Part shown: in pieces, positions 32,018 through 45,880 of the stretch
Layout of the letters: every line of letters begins with the position of its first letter
Numbering within the stretch: the stretch's first letter is position 1
Origin: Eledone cirrhosa
Lineage: Eukaryota
Reading direction: 5' to 3'
Assembly: GCA_964016885.1 (NCBI GenBank)
Contig: OZ024741.1
Location: 402,070,001-402,134,000 of the forward strand
DNA: 64,000 nt
Notes under the pieces: model-generated
Database searches by the model: none
The model's input: only the letters and a program-made list of their open reading frames with translations
Told to the model about the DNA's origin: nothing
Translations under genes and position numbers: made by a program

Positions 32018-32507
32018 ATATTGTTATACTTGGGGAGAGTCATATTGTTATAATATTGTCAGAAATAATAACAACACACACTCACTGTTTGGTTGGTTTT
32101 TGCTTCTGTATCTTTTATCTCTCCATAGTTAATTTATTTGGCAATCACCGTTTATCATAGATTGACCAACGGTCAAAAATACAGATATAAATATATATAT
32201 ATAATCTATCAAAGTTCTTTCGTTACACATCTGCAACATCATCAGTAGTACTATTATGTTTCCTCCCATTGTATTGTATTGTACTGTAATGTCTACACCA
32301 TAGTTATTTTATTTATTTATTCTTGTTTCCGTCTCTGTGCATGCATTTGCGTGTGTGTATAATGTTTGGCGTGTGATAAACATTGATTGCCAAATAAATG
32401 TTTATGGAAATATAAAAGATACAGAAGCGAAAACCAACCAAACAGTGAGTGTGTTCTGTTATTATTTCTGGCAATATTATTACAACAATATGACCCTCCC
32501 CAAGTAT

Positions 32508-32515
<8 letters not shown>
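32018..32515. repeat. ~140-bp imperfect inverted repeat pair
   Basis: 32018-32157 versus 32374-32515. A related segment lies at 62240-62290. Confidence 0.8.
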
Positions 32516-32544
<29 letters not shown>

Positions 32545-32900
32545 CATACACAGATGTCCTTCCTCACACCAACTTCTTATGACATACAGGGATATGGTGT
32601 ACCTATCTTAAGCCAGATATACACACAACTATTTCAGGAGAAAGTCTCACAGGTTTTACTGACTAAATAATATTCGTTTATTATAAACAGGAATAAAATA
32701 ATAGTATTTAGTGAGTGAAATCTGTTAAGATTTAACATAAAATATATTTAAGAACTGGTCAAACCTGTTGTCTTAGTTCATTGGACATAGACTCTTGTTG
32801 ACCTATCACCTTTCTTACATCGTAAAATTCCAGCAGAACTTCTTAGATAGAAATTAAAACTACTTCACTGATATATATCAAATAGGACAAGGTCTCTCTC

Positions 32901-32972
<72 letters not shown>

Positions 32973-33152
32973 TAATTTAGTATATCTACTAACATATGCG
33001 TGCAGATGTACGCTAATGCCAGCAAATACACAGGTTATGTCATAGTACCTAGGTGGTTCAATGCAGGAGGATGCAGAACAATAATATAAAAGACGTAAAA
33101 TAAGAAAATTTAAAAAAAAATTAAAAAAATTAACTTACTTACTAAAATTTCA

Positions 33153-33231
33153 CTCCAACTAATTAGTTTCTGCAATGGGATAAAGACAGTTACGTAATAA
33201 ACTGTTGAGAATTCATTGCGTCATCAGGGAG
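33153..33231 (-). ncRNA. type I hammerhead ribozyme motif
   Basis: Reverse complement reads CTCC-CTGATGA-cGCAATG...CATTGCa-GAA-ACTAATTAGT-T-GGAG, with a palindromic stem III. Confidence 0.65.
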
Positions 33232-33387
33232 GTCTATTCTCAGCTAAGTCTCCAGCGATGTATACGTGAATGTATGTATAGTATATTTGGCAATATACTG
33301 TATGTTTAATTAAAAACATTTTGAAGACCATTTTCTATGAATTTTAAAGTAGTGACTATGTATGTCACTTACTTAATCTCGGCAAAT

Positions 33388-33553
<166 letters not shown>

Positions 33554-33589
33554 TTCTGCCTGTCTGTCTTTCTCCCTCGACACACATGC

Positions 33590-35727
33590 ATACAACAGTT
33601 GGTTGAAAAGTTCATAGGCTGACAAAGATACTCTCATGGAATGACCAAATGAGGTTTATTTTTCAACATAGTCCCTGGAAAGAAACTGTAGCAGGAGTTG
33701 CCTCCCTTGTTGTGACACTCACATCACTAATAGATTAACGCTCTCTAGATAGGAAGTAGAACCCTTTCTGTCACTTCCGTTCCAACCCCATAAAGGGAAT
33801 AACAGGCGTCTGCGGCCAGGCGCGTTCGCCTGGCAACCAAACGGTAACTAATAACTTTGCTTCATTCTTTCATCTATTCATTGACATGTCAACTATACTG
33901 TTCTATATATCCACAAATTGTTAATTAAATATTATACACACAAACCACGTCTATTGTTATATTCATACACACCACCATTGTTATAAGTGGTGACCCCGAA
34001 AAAAGAAAAAAATAGCAGAATCTGGTGTTGTGTGAGTAACATTACGAATACGCAGCAAATTTTATTGACAAACTAAGAAAATATGCAGACACAGAAACGA
34101 ACACACGCACATGTGAAATTCTCGTTCAGACAGACTCTTTTCCTCTCACGCACCAACTAACTGTCGCATTTCACTGTATATATATATATATATATATATG
34201 TTTTTCGTTTCTTCTTACAACGAACACTTTAAAAACAAAAAAAAAACAAAAAAAAGAAATTTGATTTTTTTTTTACACATTTCAACATGAACATTTATTT
34301 TCGATAAATCTCAACTATTGCTTTTTTTCATCGTTTTCTTCATCGTTCAAGTTTTTTTCATCGTTCACAAAAAAAAATTGAACTCGCCATATTTGTTATA
34401 CTAAGTGAAGCCTTTCTTTCTTTTTCATCATATTGTCACTTTCACACACACATTTTTTCAAAATGGCTGCCAACGACCTGTTGCACTATCATTTTTGCGC
34501 CATTTTCTCGCGCAATAGAAATATTTTTTTTTCAACTTAACCTTGTTTTGGCACGTGTAGGCAACACAATTCTCGACTCACGGAGATAACCAGAGATAAC
34601 GTTTCTCGCCAAGGATTCTCCAGCCTTAAGCTATATTCGCCTATTTGCCGGTTTAAAAATATACCACGTAAATTTGCCGTTGAAAACTGCGCATTTATTC
34701 AGAATGCTTATTTCTTTGGTCGCTGGCCTCTTGACCCTTCCAGGTCAACGCATTCTCAACATCGACCATCAACTTCAGTTGTTATTTCTAGCACTTTGCG
34801 CAACTCATTTTTTCTGAAAAAGTTTTTTACTGTGAATTTAAACATCGAATACGCTCACTCCGCGAGACAACATCAACAGCAACACAGTTTCATCAACAAC
34901 CAAAACCAGCAGAACAAGCCAGAGAATTTATTTTTGCAGCACTCTTCCTGTGAGAAAATCCATTCGGAGGTTGGAAATTTCATGTTATACCACAGAACAG
35001 AAACCACCTGCATTCATTCTCTGGAACACACTTTCTTTCCTGCTGTCATGTGATTGTACACCTGTGAACTGTATTTTGAACTTTGAGCTCTTCTCTTACT
35101 TTGATTACATTGTATCTTTGGGTGATGGATAGATAGATGTCCAGTCGTTCTCTGGCCAAGAGCGGTTGGCTACCTTGATATCTATCATTGATTTTTGCAT
35201 GCATATATTTTGCTGTTTTCCTATTATTGCAAACATTAGTTTTTTCGTAATTTTCATGCCTGTTACAACATTCTCGCCAACTTCCTACATACATATTCCA
35301 TTCGATTTTTATATTTTAAAAATCTGGCGGGAGATAATGTAGCAGGAGTTGCCTCCCTTGTTGTGACACTCACATCACCAATAGATTAACGCTCTCTAGA
35401 TAGGAAGTAGAACCCTTTCTGTCACTTCCGTTCCAACCCTATAAAGGGAATAACAAGCGTCTGCGGCCAGGCGCGTTCGCCTGGCAACCAAACAGTAACT
35501 AATAACTTTGCTTCATTCTTTCATCTATTCATTGACATGTCAACTATACTGTTCTATATATCCACAAATTGTTAATTAAATATTATACACACAAACCACG
35601 TCTCTTGTTATATTCATACACACCAGTATTTTGTTATAAAACAATGTAGTTGAAATCAATGCAAGATTTCACAGCTCTAGCATCATTCCTTCATAGACAC
35701 CTTCTGAACTTTTCAGCTGACTTATCT
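33590..35727. mobile_element. possible old mariner-type MITE split by the LTR element
   Basis: Only a TGAAAAGTTCA / TGAACTTTTCA inverted core near the two ends. Weak evidence. Confidence 0.35.
33687..35638 (+). mobile_element. non-autonomous LTR retrotransposon (TRIM/LARD-like, Gypsy-type signals)
   Basis: LTRs at 33687-33985 and 35338-35638 (~300 bp, few differences, TG...TA ends). PBS TGGTGACCCCGA at 33988 (tRNA-Trp-like), purine-rich GGCGGGAGATAA before the 3' LTR, AAAC TSD, and no gag/pol ORF. Confidence 0.88.
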
Positions 35728-35769
35728 ACATCCACAAATGTGTATTATCATTATTATAATAATCATCAT

Positions 35770-35965
35770 AGGGTGGTGGAATGGCAGTATCGGTAGAGGG
35801 TCGGACGCCATGCTTTGAAGCATAGAGTTACACCCTTTACGGTCTCAGTTAAAATCCCGCCAAGGTTAACTGTGCCTTTCATCCTTACGGGGCTGATAAA
35901 ATAAAGTACCAGTAATACACTGAGATAATTGCTGGCCTTGTGCCAAAAGTAAAAACAATTATTAT
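35770..35965 (+). mobile_element. tRNA-derived SINE (family S1)
   Basis: Same head and body as the copy at 31206. Confidence 0.8.
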
Positions 35966-36689
35966 AATCATCATCATCATCATACATATATAATTTGGTC
36001 ATCATTAATTTGATGTCTGTTCTATGTTGACATATATGATGATGATAATATATATATATAAATGTATATATAGTATATTTGGCAATACACTGTATGCTTA
36101 ATTAAAAACATTTTGAAGACCTTACACTATTGTTTTAAAGTAGTGACTATGTCACTTACTTCCTTTTTCAACAAACAAAGGGAGATAGGCTGACAGATCT
36201 AATCATCAGAGCTTTTTTATAATCATCCTGATTATTACTGGAATTCTATAAGAATCCAACATTTATAATTTTCAACAGACAAAGGCGAGTGCTAAGCTCT
36301 GATACCAACAGTATGAAACAGAGATCTGTCAACTTAAGTTCAAGACTGAGTGGTCGAGATATACATATATATATCTAGGATAACAGAGGCTAGGAAATTG
36401 CCATTTTCTAGCAATGCAAACAAACATGCAAAATCTTTTAAAATTTTACATTACTCTCAATATTTGGCATAGAGAAGATAAGTGGAAAAATTGTCAATTT
36501 CCTTCTTTTGATGTTTATTTATATATATATAGATATATGTACTAATGTCTGTTTGTATTTATGTCTGTTAATATATATATATGTGTGTTGTGTATGTGTG
36601 TATATTTGTAACGGAAAATCGTTCATATAGAATAGAATAGCCGTGTTTAGGATAACAGAGGCTAGGAAAATGCCATTTCTCATCCCACC

Positions 36690-37165
36690 CACTGTACTGG
36701 CTGAGAGATGGATCGATAAGACAATAGAGGTAGTAATAGAATAATTAAGCATAGATTAGTTGTAGGCAAGAGACTGACTGTTGACAATCATCTCTGCCTA
36801 TGCTCCCCAGGCAGGCCTAAGTAAAGAAGAGAAAGACTGCTTTCATGAGCAACTTTTAGAAACAGTCACAAGGACAGAAGACGTAGGCATCGTTATGCTA
36901 GCAGGGGTCTTCAACGGTCATGTTGGACAGCTCCAAGATGGATACACTGGGGGTACATGGTGGTCATGGTTATAGCTCAAGAAATGAGAAGGAGTGAGGC
37001 TTCTTGAATTTTGTGATGCAAGTGCACTAAACATTTGTAACACTAACTTCAAGAACCAACCACATAATAACCTACAAATCAAGCGAGCACATTAGCCAGA
37101 TTGACTTCTTGTTAGTTAGGCAGCGAGACAGACAGATGGTGTCAAACACTAAGGCATACCCCGAG
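36690..37165 (+). pseudogene. RTE-type LINE AP-endonuclease fragment
   Basis: TIISAYAPQ, AGVFNGHVG, LLEFCD..L.ICNTNF and SQIDFLL motifs, with frameshifts. Confidence 0.8.
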
Positions 37166-37621
37166 AGATAGAGACCCCTAATTCTTGTTTAAGACATCAT
37201 TCTAGTGAGAAGGAAAACTCTGATGTAAAACCTGTGACTCAATAGCAGCCAATGATGAGGGCCTGTCACTGTTGTTCGGAGAGTAGGATTGGCCCAGTGC
37301 TAGGCCTTACTTCACTTTAAAACACACAGGCATCATGTGATCTAGATATCTTTCAGCATATTTTATTTATGACATTCTATAATAAATCCAATCCCTCCAC
37401 ATTCCCAGAAGAAAATAATTAATAATTAATTAATCAGAGATAATTTGTAAAAGCATCATCTATGCTCCATATCTCCCCACTACTGATCTTCCCAGATAAT
37501 GGCCCCGAGAGGATGTTTGCAAGGATTGACACTCTTGCAGCATTAGTCCAGCTATATGTGTTATTGGAAATCAACAAAGACATCTAATAATTTCTTGTCT
37601 TATGTCTTCTGAGAAGTTTAA

Positions 37622-40600
37622 AACCAGCCAACCACCCAACCACCCAACCACCCAACCACCAACACCCAACCAACTACCCAACCACCCAACCACCCAACCA
37701 CCCAACCAATCAACCACCCAAACACCCAACACCCAACCAACCACCAACCACCCAACCAACCAACCACCCAAACACCCAATAACCAAACCACCCAATAAGC
37801 CAACCACTCAACCACCCAAACACCAAATCACCCAACCAACTACCCAACCACCCAACCAACCAACCACCCAAACACCCAACACCCAACCAACTACCCAACC
37901 ACCCAACCAACCAACCACCCAAACACCCAACCAACCACCAACTATCCAACCACCCAACCAACCAACTACCCAACCACCCAACCAACCAACCACCCAAACA
38001 CCCAACACCCACCCAACTACCCAACCACCCAACCAACCAACCACCCAAACACCCAACACCCAACCAACCACCAACTACCCAACCACTCAACCACCCAACC
38101 AGCCAAACACCCACACACTCAACCACCCAACCACCAACTACCCAACCACTCAACAATCCAACCAACTACACATCCAGGCAACCACTCAACCATCCAACCA
38201 ACTACCCAACCAGTCAATCAACCAACACCCAACCAACCACTCAACCACCCAACCAACTACCCAACCAGTCAATCAACCAACACCCAACCAACCACTCAAC
38301 CACCCAACCAACTACCCAACCAGTCAATCAACCAACCAGCCACTCAACCATCTAACTACACAACTAGCACCATCAGCCATCCAGTATCCAAACAGCCAGC
38401 CATCCAACCACTCAACCACCCAAACTTCCAACCACCCAACCACCATACCACCCAACTACCCTACCACCCAACCACCCAAACATCCAACCAATCACCCAAC
38501 CGCCCAAACACCCAACCACTCAACTACCCAACCACTCAACCACCCAACCACTCACCACTCAACCACCCAAACACTCAAACACCCAAACACCCAACCACTC
38601 AACCACTAAATCACCCAACCACCCAAACAACCACCCAATCACCCAAACACCCAACCACCCAATGACCCAACCATCCAACCACCCAACCACCCAATCACTC
38701 TACCACACAAACAACCAACCAACCAACCATCCTACTATCCAACCAACCAACGACCCAACGACTCAACCACCCAACCAACCAACGACCCAACCACCCAACC
38801 ACCCAACGACCCAACGACCCAACGACCCAACCACCCTACCACCAAACCACCATACCACTCAACCACCCAACCACGAAACCACCCAACCACTCAAACACAC
38901 AACCACCCAACCACTCAACCACCAAATCACCCAACCACCTAGCCACCCAACCACCCAACCACCCAACCACTCAAACACGCAACCACCCAACAACTCAACC
39001 ACCCAACCATCCAACCACCATACCACCCTACCACCCAACTACCCAACCACTCAACCACCCAACCTCCCAACAACTCAACCACCCAACCACTCAAACACCA
39101 AACGACCCAACCACTCAATCACACAACAATCCAACCAACAGATCATCCAACTACCCAACCAACCAACCACCCATCCACTCGACCACCCAACCACTCAACC
39201 ACCCAACCACACAACCACTCAACTACCCAACCACCCAACCACTCAACCACCCAACCACCCAAACACCCAACCACCAAACACCCAATCATCCAACCACCCA
39301 ACCAACCACCACAAACACACTACCAACCAACCACCCAACCAACCGACCATCCAATCACCCAAACACGCAACCAACCACTCAACGACACTAACACCCAACC
39401 ACCTTAACCAGCCGACCACCCAACCACTCAAACAGCCAACCACACAACTAGCCATCAGCCATCCAGTATCCAACCACCCAGCCACCCAGCTACAAAACCA
39501 CTCAACCAGCCAACCACCCAACCACCCAACCACTCAACCACCCAAACACCCAACTACTCAACCACCCAATCACACAACCACTCAACCACCCAACCACTCA
39601 ACCATCCAACCATCCAACCACTCAACCATCCAAACACTCAACCACCCAACGAAACAACTACCCAAACACCCAACCACCGAACAACCCAACCACCCAACCA
39701 CCCAACCACCCAACCACTCAACCACCCAAACAACCATCCAACTACCCAACCAACCAACCACCCAACAAGCAAGAAACCCACCCAACCACACTACCACCCA
39801 AACACCAACCACCAAACACCCAACCACCCACCCAACCACCTTACCACCGAACCAAACAACCATCCAACCCTCCAACCATCCAACCACCCAACCCTCCAAC
39901 CACCCAACCACCCAATCAACCACCCAACAACCCTACCACCCAACCACCCAACAACCCAACCACCTCAACAACCCAACCACCGAACCACCCAAACACCCAA
40001 CCACCCAACCAACTACCCACCCACCCAACCACTCAACCACTCAACCACCCAACCACCCAACCACCCAAACACCCAACGAACTACCCAACCACCCAACCAC
40101 CCAAACAACCACCCAATCACCCAATCACCCAACCATCCAACCACCCAACCACCCAGCCACCCAAACACCCAACCACCTAACCTATCAATCAACCACCCAA
40201 CCAACAAACCATCCAACTAACCACCCAACCAACTACCCAGCCACCCTACCACTCAACCATCCAACCTTCCAACCACCCAACCACCCAAACACACAACCAC
40301 CCAACCACTAAACCACCCAACCACCCAAACACCTAACCACTCAAACACCCAACCACCCAACCACTCACTCAATCACCCAAACAACCAACCACTCAACCAC
40401 CCAACCACTCAACCACCCAACCACTCAACCACCCAAACGCCTAACCACTCAACCACCCAACCACTCAAACACACAACCATCCAACCACCCAACCACCCAA
40501 CCATCCAACCAACCACCGAACCACCCAAACAAATACCCACCCACACAACCACTCAACCACTCAACCACCCAACCACCCAACCACCCAACGAACTATCCAA

Positions 40601-43600
40601 CCACCCAACCACTCAACCACTCAACCACCCAACCAGCTAACCACTCTACCACCCAACCACCTAACACTCAATCACTCACACACCCAACCAAAAACCAACC
40701 AACCACCCACCCATTCGACCACCCAACCACCCAACCAACCACCCAACCACCCTACCACCAAAACACCCAACAACCAACCACCCATCCACCCAACCACTCA
40801 ACCACCCAACCACCCAACCACCCAACCACCCAACCAACCAACCACCCAAACTCCCAACCACCGAACCAACCAACCATCCAACTACCCAACCAACCAACCA
40901 CACAACCACTCAACCACCCAACCATCCATCCACCCAAACACACAACCAAACACCCAACCACCCTACCACCCAACCACCTCAACCAGCCAACCACCCAACC
41001 ACTCAACCACACAACCATCCAACAGATGACCACCATACCACACAACCACCCTATCACCCAACCATCCAACCACCCAACAACCCAACCAACCACCAAACCA
41101 CCCAAACACCCAACCACTCAACCACTCAACCACCCAACCACACAACCACCCAACCACCATAACACCCAACCACCCTACCACCCAACCACCCAACCACACA
41201 ACCAACCACCCAATCAACTACCCAACCACTCAACCACCCAACCACCCAACCTCCCAAACACTCAACCACTCAAACACCCAATCACTCAACCAACCAACCA
41301 CTCAACCACCCAACCACCCAACCATCCATCCTCCCGACCACGTAACCACTCAATCACTCAACCACCCAACCAACAAACCATCCAACCAACCAACCACCCA
41401 CCCACTCGACCACCCAACCACACAACCAACCACCCAACCACCCAACCACCCAACCACCCAACCAACCAACCAACCAACCAACCAACCAACCAACCAACCA
41501 ACCACCCATTCGACCACCCAACCACTCAACCACGCAACCAACCACCCAACCACCCAACCACTCAACCACCCAACCACCCAATAACCCAACTACTCAACCA
41601 CCCAACCACTCAACCACTCAACCACCCAACCACACAACCACCCAACCACCATAACACCCAACCACCCTACCACCCAACCAGCCAACCACACAACCAACCA
41701 CCCAATCAACTACCCAACCACTCAACCACCCAACCACCCAACCTCCCAAACACTCAACCACTCAAACACCCAATCACTCAACCAACCAACCACTCAACCA
41801 TCCAACCACCCAACCATCCATCCTCCCGACCATGTAACCACTCAATCACTCAACCACCCAACCAACAAACCATCCAACCAACCAACCACCCACCCACTCG
41901 ACCACCCAACCACACAACCAACCACCCAACCACCCAACCACCCAACCACCCAACCAACCAACCAACCAACCAACCACCCATTCGACCACCCAACCACTCA
42001 ACCACACAACCAACCACCCAACCACCCAACCACTCAACCACCCAACCACCCAACCACTCAACCACCCAACCACCCAATAACCCAACTACTCAACCACCCA
42101 ACCACTCAACCACCCAACCACCCAACCACCTAACCACCCAAACATCCAACCAGCCAACCACCCAACCACCCAATATCCCAACTACTCAACCACCCAACCA
42201 CTCAACCACCCAACCACCCAATAACCCAACTACTCAACCACCCAACCACTCAACCACCCAACCAACCAGCCACTCAACCATCTAACTACACAACTAGCCA
42301 TCAGTTATCCATTATCCAAACACCTAGCCACCCAACCACCATACCACCCTACCACCCAACCCCACAACCACCCAACCACCCAACGACCCAACAACCCAAC
42401 GACACAACCAACCACCCAACCGCCCTACCACCCAACCACCCAACCGCCCAACCACACAACCACCCAACCACCCAACCATCCAACCACTCAACCACCCAAA
42501 CACCCAACCACCCAAACACCCAACAACACAACCACTCAACCATCCAACCACCCCACCACCAACCACCCAAACACCCTACCACCCAACCACCCAAGCACAC
42601 AACCAACTACCCAAATATCCACTCACCCAACTACTCAACCACTCAACCACTCAACCACCCAAACACCAAACCCAACCACCATACCACCCAACCACCCTAC
42701 CACCAACCACCCAACCAACTACCCACCACCCAACCACTCAACCACAACCACCCAGCCACTCAACCAACTACCCACCACCCAACCACTCAACCACAACCAC
42801 CCAGCCACTCAACCACCCAACCACCTTACCACCCACCCACCCTACCACCCAACCACCCAACCCACCAACCAACCACCATACCACCCAACCACCCAACCAA
42901 CTACCCAACCACCAAACAAACTCAACCACTCAACCACTCAACCTCCCAACCACTAAACCACTCAAACACCAAACCACTCAACCAACCAACCATTCAACCA
43001 CCAAATCACCCAACAACCCAACCATCCAACCACCCAACCACCCAACCACCTAACCACCCAATCACTCAACCACCCAACCACCCAACTAACCAACCAACCA
43101 ACCACCCACCCACTCGACCACCCAACCACTCAACCACCCAACCAACCACCCAACCACCCTACCACCCAACCACCCAATCACTCAACCACTCAACCACCCA
43201 ACCACACAACCACCCAATAACCAAACCACCCAATAAGCCAACCACTCAACCACCCAAACACCAAATCACCCAACCACCCAACCACCCAACCACTCAACCA
43301 CCCAACCAGCCAGACAACTATCCAAGGAGCCAACCACCCAAACACTTAACCACCCAAAAACCCAAACAGTCAACCAGCCACTCAACCATCTAACTACACA
43401 ACTAGCCATCAGCTATCCAGTATCCAAACACCCAGCCACTCAACCACTCAACCACCCAACCTTCCAACCACCCAACCACCATACCACCCAACCACCATAC
43501 CACCCTCCACCCTACCACACAACACCCCAACCACCCAACCAATCACCCAACCACCCAACCATCCAACCAATCACCCAACCAAGCAACCACCCAACGACTC

Positions 43601-43731
43601 AACCACCCAACTACCCAACGACCCAACCAAACACCCAACCACCCAACCACCCAACCACTCAACCACCCAACCACCCAACCACCAAACCACTCAACCACCC
43701 AACCAACTACCCAACCACTCAACCACTCAAC
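37622..43731. repeat. 6.1-kb degenerate (CAACCACC/CCAA)n simple-repeat tract
   Basis: Almost only C and A on the + strand, built from 4- and 8-bp motifs, with an internal 492-bp duplication. Confidence 0.95.
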
Positions 43732-44750
43732 CAGTATCGGTAGAGGGTCGGACGCCATGCTAGGGCGGTGGATTGACAGTATCGGTAGAGGGTCGGACGC
43801 CACGCTAGAGCGGTGGATTGACAGTATCGGTAGAGGGTCGGACACCATGCTAGGGCGGTGGATTGACAGTATCGGTAGAGGGTCGGACACCATACTAGGG
43901 CGGTGGATTGACAGTATCGGTAGAGGGTCGGACGCCATGCTAGGGCGGTGGATTGACAGTATCGGTAGAGGGTCGGACGCCACGCTAGGGCGGTGGATTG
44001 ACAGTATCGGTAGAGGGTCGGACACCATGCTAGGGCGGTGGATTGACAGTATCAGTAGAGGGTCGGACACCATGCTAGGGCGGTGGATTGACAGTATCGG
44101 TAGAGGGTCGGACGCCACGCTAGGGCGGTGGATTGGCAGTATCGGTAGAGGGTCGGACACCATGCTAGGGCGGTGGATTGACAGTATCGGTAGAGGGTCG
44201 GACACCATGCTAGGGCGGTGGATTGGCAGTACCGGTAGAGGGTGGGACACCATGCTAGGGTGGTGGATTGGCAGTATCGTTAGAGGGTGGGACACCATGC
44301 TAGGGTGGTGGATTGGCAGTATCGGTAGAGGGTGGGACACCATGCTAGGGTGGTGGATTGGCAGTATTGGTAGAGGGTGGGACACCATGCTAGGGTGGTG
44401 GATTAGCAGTATCGGTAGAGGGTCGGACGCCACGCTAGGGTGGTAGATTGGCAGTATTGGTAGAGGGTGGGACACCATGCTAGGGTGGTGGATTAGCAGT
44501 ATCGGTAGAGGGTCGGACGCCACGCTAGGGTGGTAGATTGGCAGTATTGGTAGAGGGTGGGACACCATGCTAGGGTGGTGGATTAGCAGTATCGGTAGAG
44601 GGTCGGACGCCACGCTAGGGTGGTAGATTGGCAGTATCGGTAGAGGGTCGGACGCCACGCTAGGGTGGTGGATTGACAGTATCGGTAGAGGGTCGGACGC
44701 CACGCTAGGGTGGTGGATTGACAGTATCGGTAGAGTGTCGGACGCCACGC
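43732..44750 (+). repeat. 45-bp minisatellite (~22-23 units) derived from the S1 SINE head
   Basis: Unit CAGTATCGGTAGAGGGTCGGACGCCATGCTAGGGCGGTGGATTGA matches the SINE 5' ends at 31206 and 35770. Confidence 0.93.
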
Positions 44751-44900
44751 TTTGACGCATAGAGTTACGGCCCTTGCCATTCTGAGTTCAAATCCCGCCG
44801 GGGTTAACTTTGCCTTTCATCCTCACGGGGTCGATAAAATAAAAAGTACCAGTAATACACTGGGTATTTGCTGGCCTTGTGCCAAAAGTAGAAACAATTA
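44706..44900 (+). mobile_element. tRNA-derived SINE (family S1), parent of the 45-bp array
   Basis: The last array unit continues into B box GAGTTCAAATCC (44784-44795) and the SINE body. Confidence 0.85.
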
Positions 44901-44924
44901 TGTTAGACACGGGAGTGCTTTGGC

Positions 44925-45630
44925 TTTCTTCTTCTTCTTCTTCTTCTTCTTCTTCTTCTTCTTCTTCTTCTCTAACTACACTCAGTGGAAGTACTACACC
45001 CCCTCCACCAACATTTTCTCTTCTTCCTCCTAATTACCACCACCACCACCACCACTACAACCACCACAAACACCATTACCATCCCCACCACCAATACCAC
45101 CTCCACAAACACCACCACCACCACTACCGTCATCATCACTGCCAATATCCACATCTCCAAGATGACCAGCACCACCAGCAATACTAACGCCCCCTCCCCC
45201 CATCACTCCACCCCCACCAACACCACCATCACTACCACCACTCAAATACCATCCCCACCAATACCACCACCACCACCAACACCACCAACACTACTATGAT
45301 CACCCTCCCACCAACACCACTATGATCTCCACCACCAATACCATCCCCACCAATACCACCACCACCACCCCCAATACTAACACACCACCACAACTACAAT
45401 CATCATCACTGCCAATATACCCATCACCATGCCGACCGCCACCACCAATGCTAACACACCTACACCACCACCACTACCATCATCATTGCCAATATCCCCA
45501 TCACCATGACCACGATGACCACCACCACCAATACTAACACACCTACACCACCACCACCACCAATACTAACACACCTACACACCACCACCACCACCACCAC
45601 CACCACCAATACTACCACACCACTACCACC
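44925..45630. repeat. (CTT)n and (CAC/ACC)n low-complexity tract
   Basis: Trinucleotide runs, visible directly. Confidence 0.85.
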
Positions 45631-45719
45631 AGACAGGATGGTCTTTGCTATGTTTAAAAAGACATGTGTATCTCTACAACACTCCCACAACTGCTTCAGT
45701 ACTTACTGGTCCATACATA

Positions 45720-45880
45720 TATCATCATCTTTACCATTTAACGACTATTTTTCCACACTAGCATGGGTTAGACAGGTTGTCCTGTTTGAGGCCAGTTGGG
45801 GCAGGTGACCATGACTTGATCACACAAAACTGTTTCTGGCTTGGTTTCTACAGCTGTATGCCCTTCCCAATGCCAACCAC
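45720..45880 (-). mobile_element. diverged RTE/SINE 3' end, parent of the 48-bp array
   Basis: (ATC)n tail and the TTTCTACAGCTG.ATGCCCTTCC block seen in the RTE 3' ends. Runs directly into the array. Confidence 0.7.

Noticed and set aside
36377-36680. ~32-bp direct repeat (TAGGATAACAGAGGCTAGGAAA..GCCATTT) as element ends
   Set aside because: No other element hallmarks, so probably a small local duplication.
37602-42285. Mucin-like P/T/N/Q/H ORFs of 335-549 aa
   Set aside because: The strand has almost no T or G, so stop codons are rare by composition. Frames shift freely and there is no signal peptide or non-repeat domain.
37622-43731. Telomeric repeat array
   Set aside because: No regular (CCCTAA)n or (CCTAA)n. 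The motif is degenerate CCAA/CCAC.
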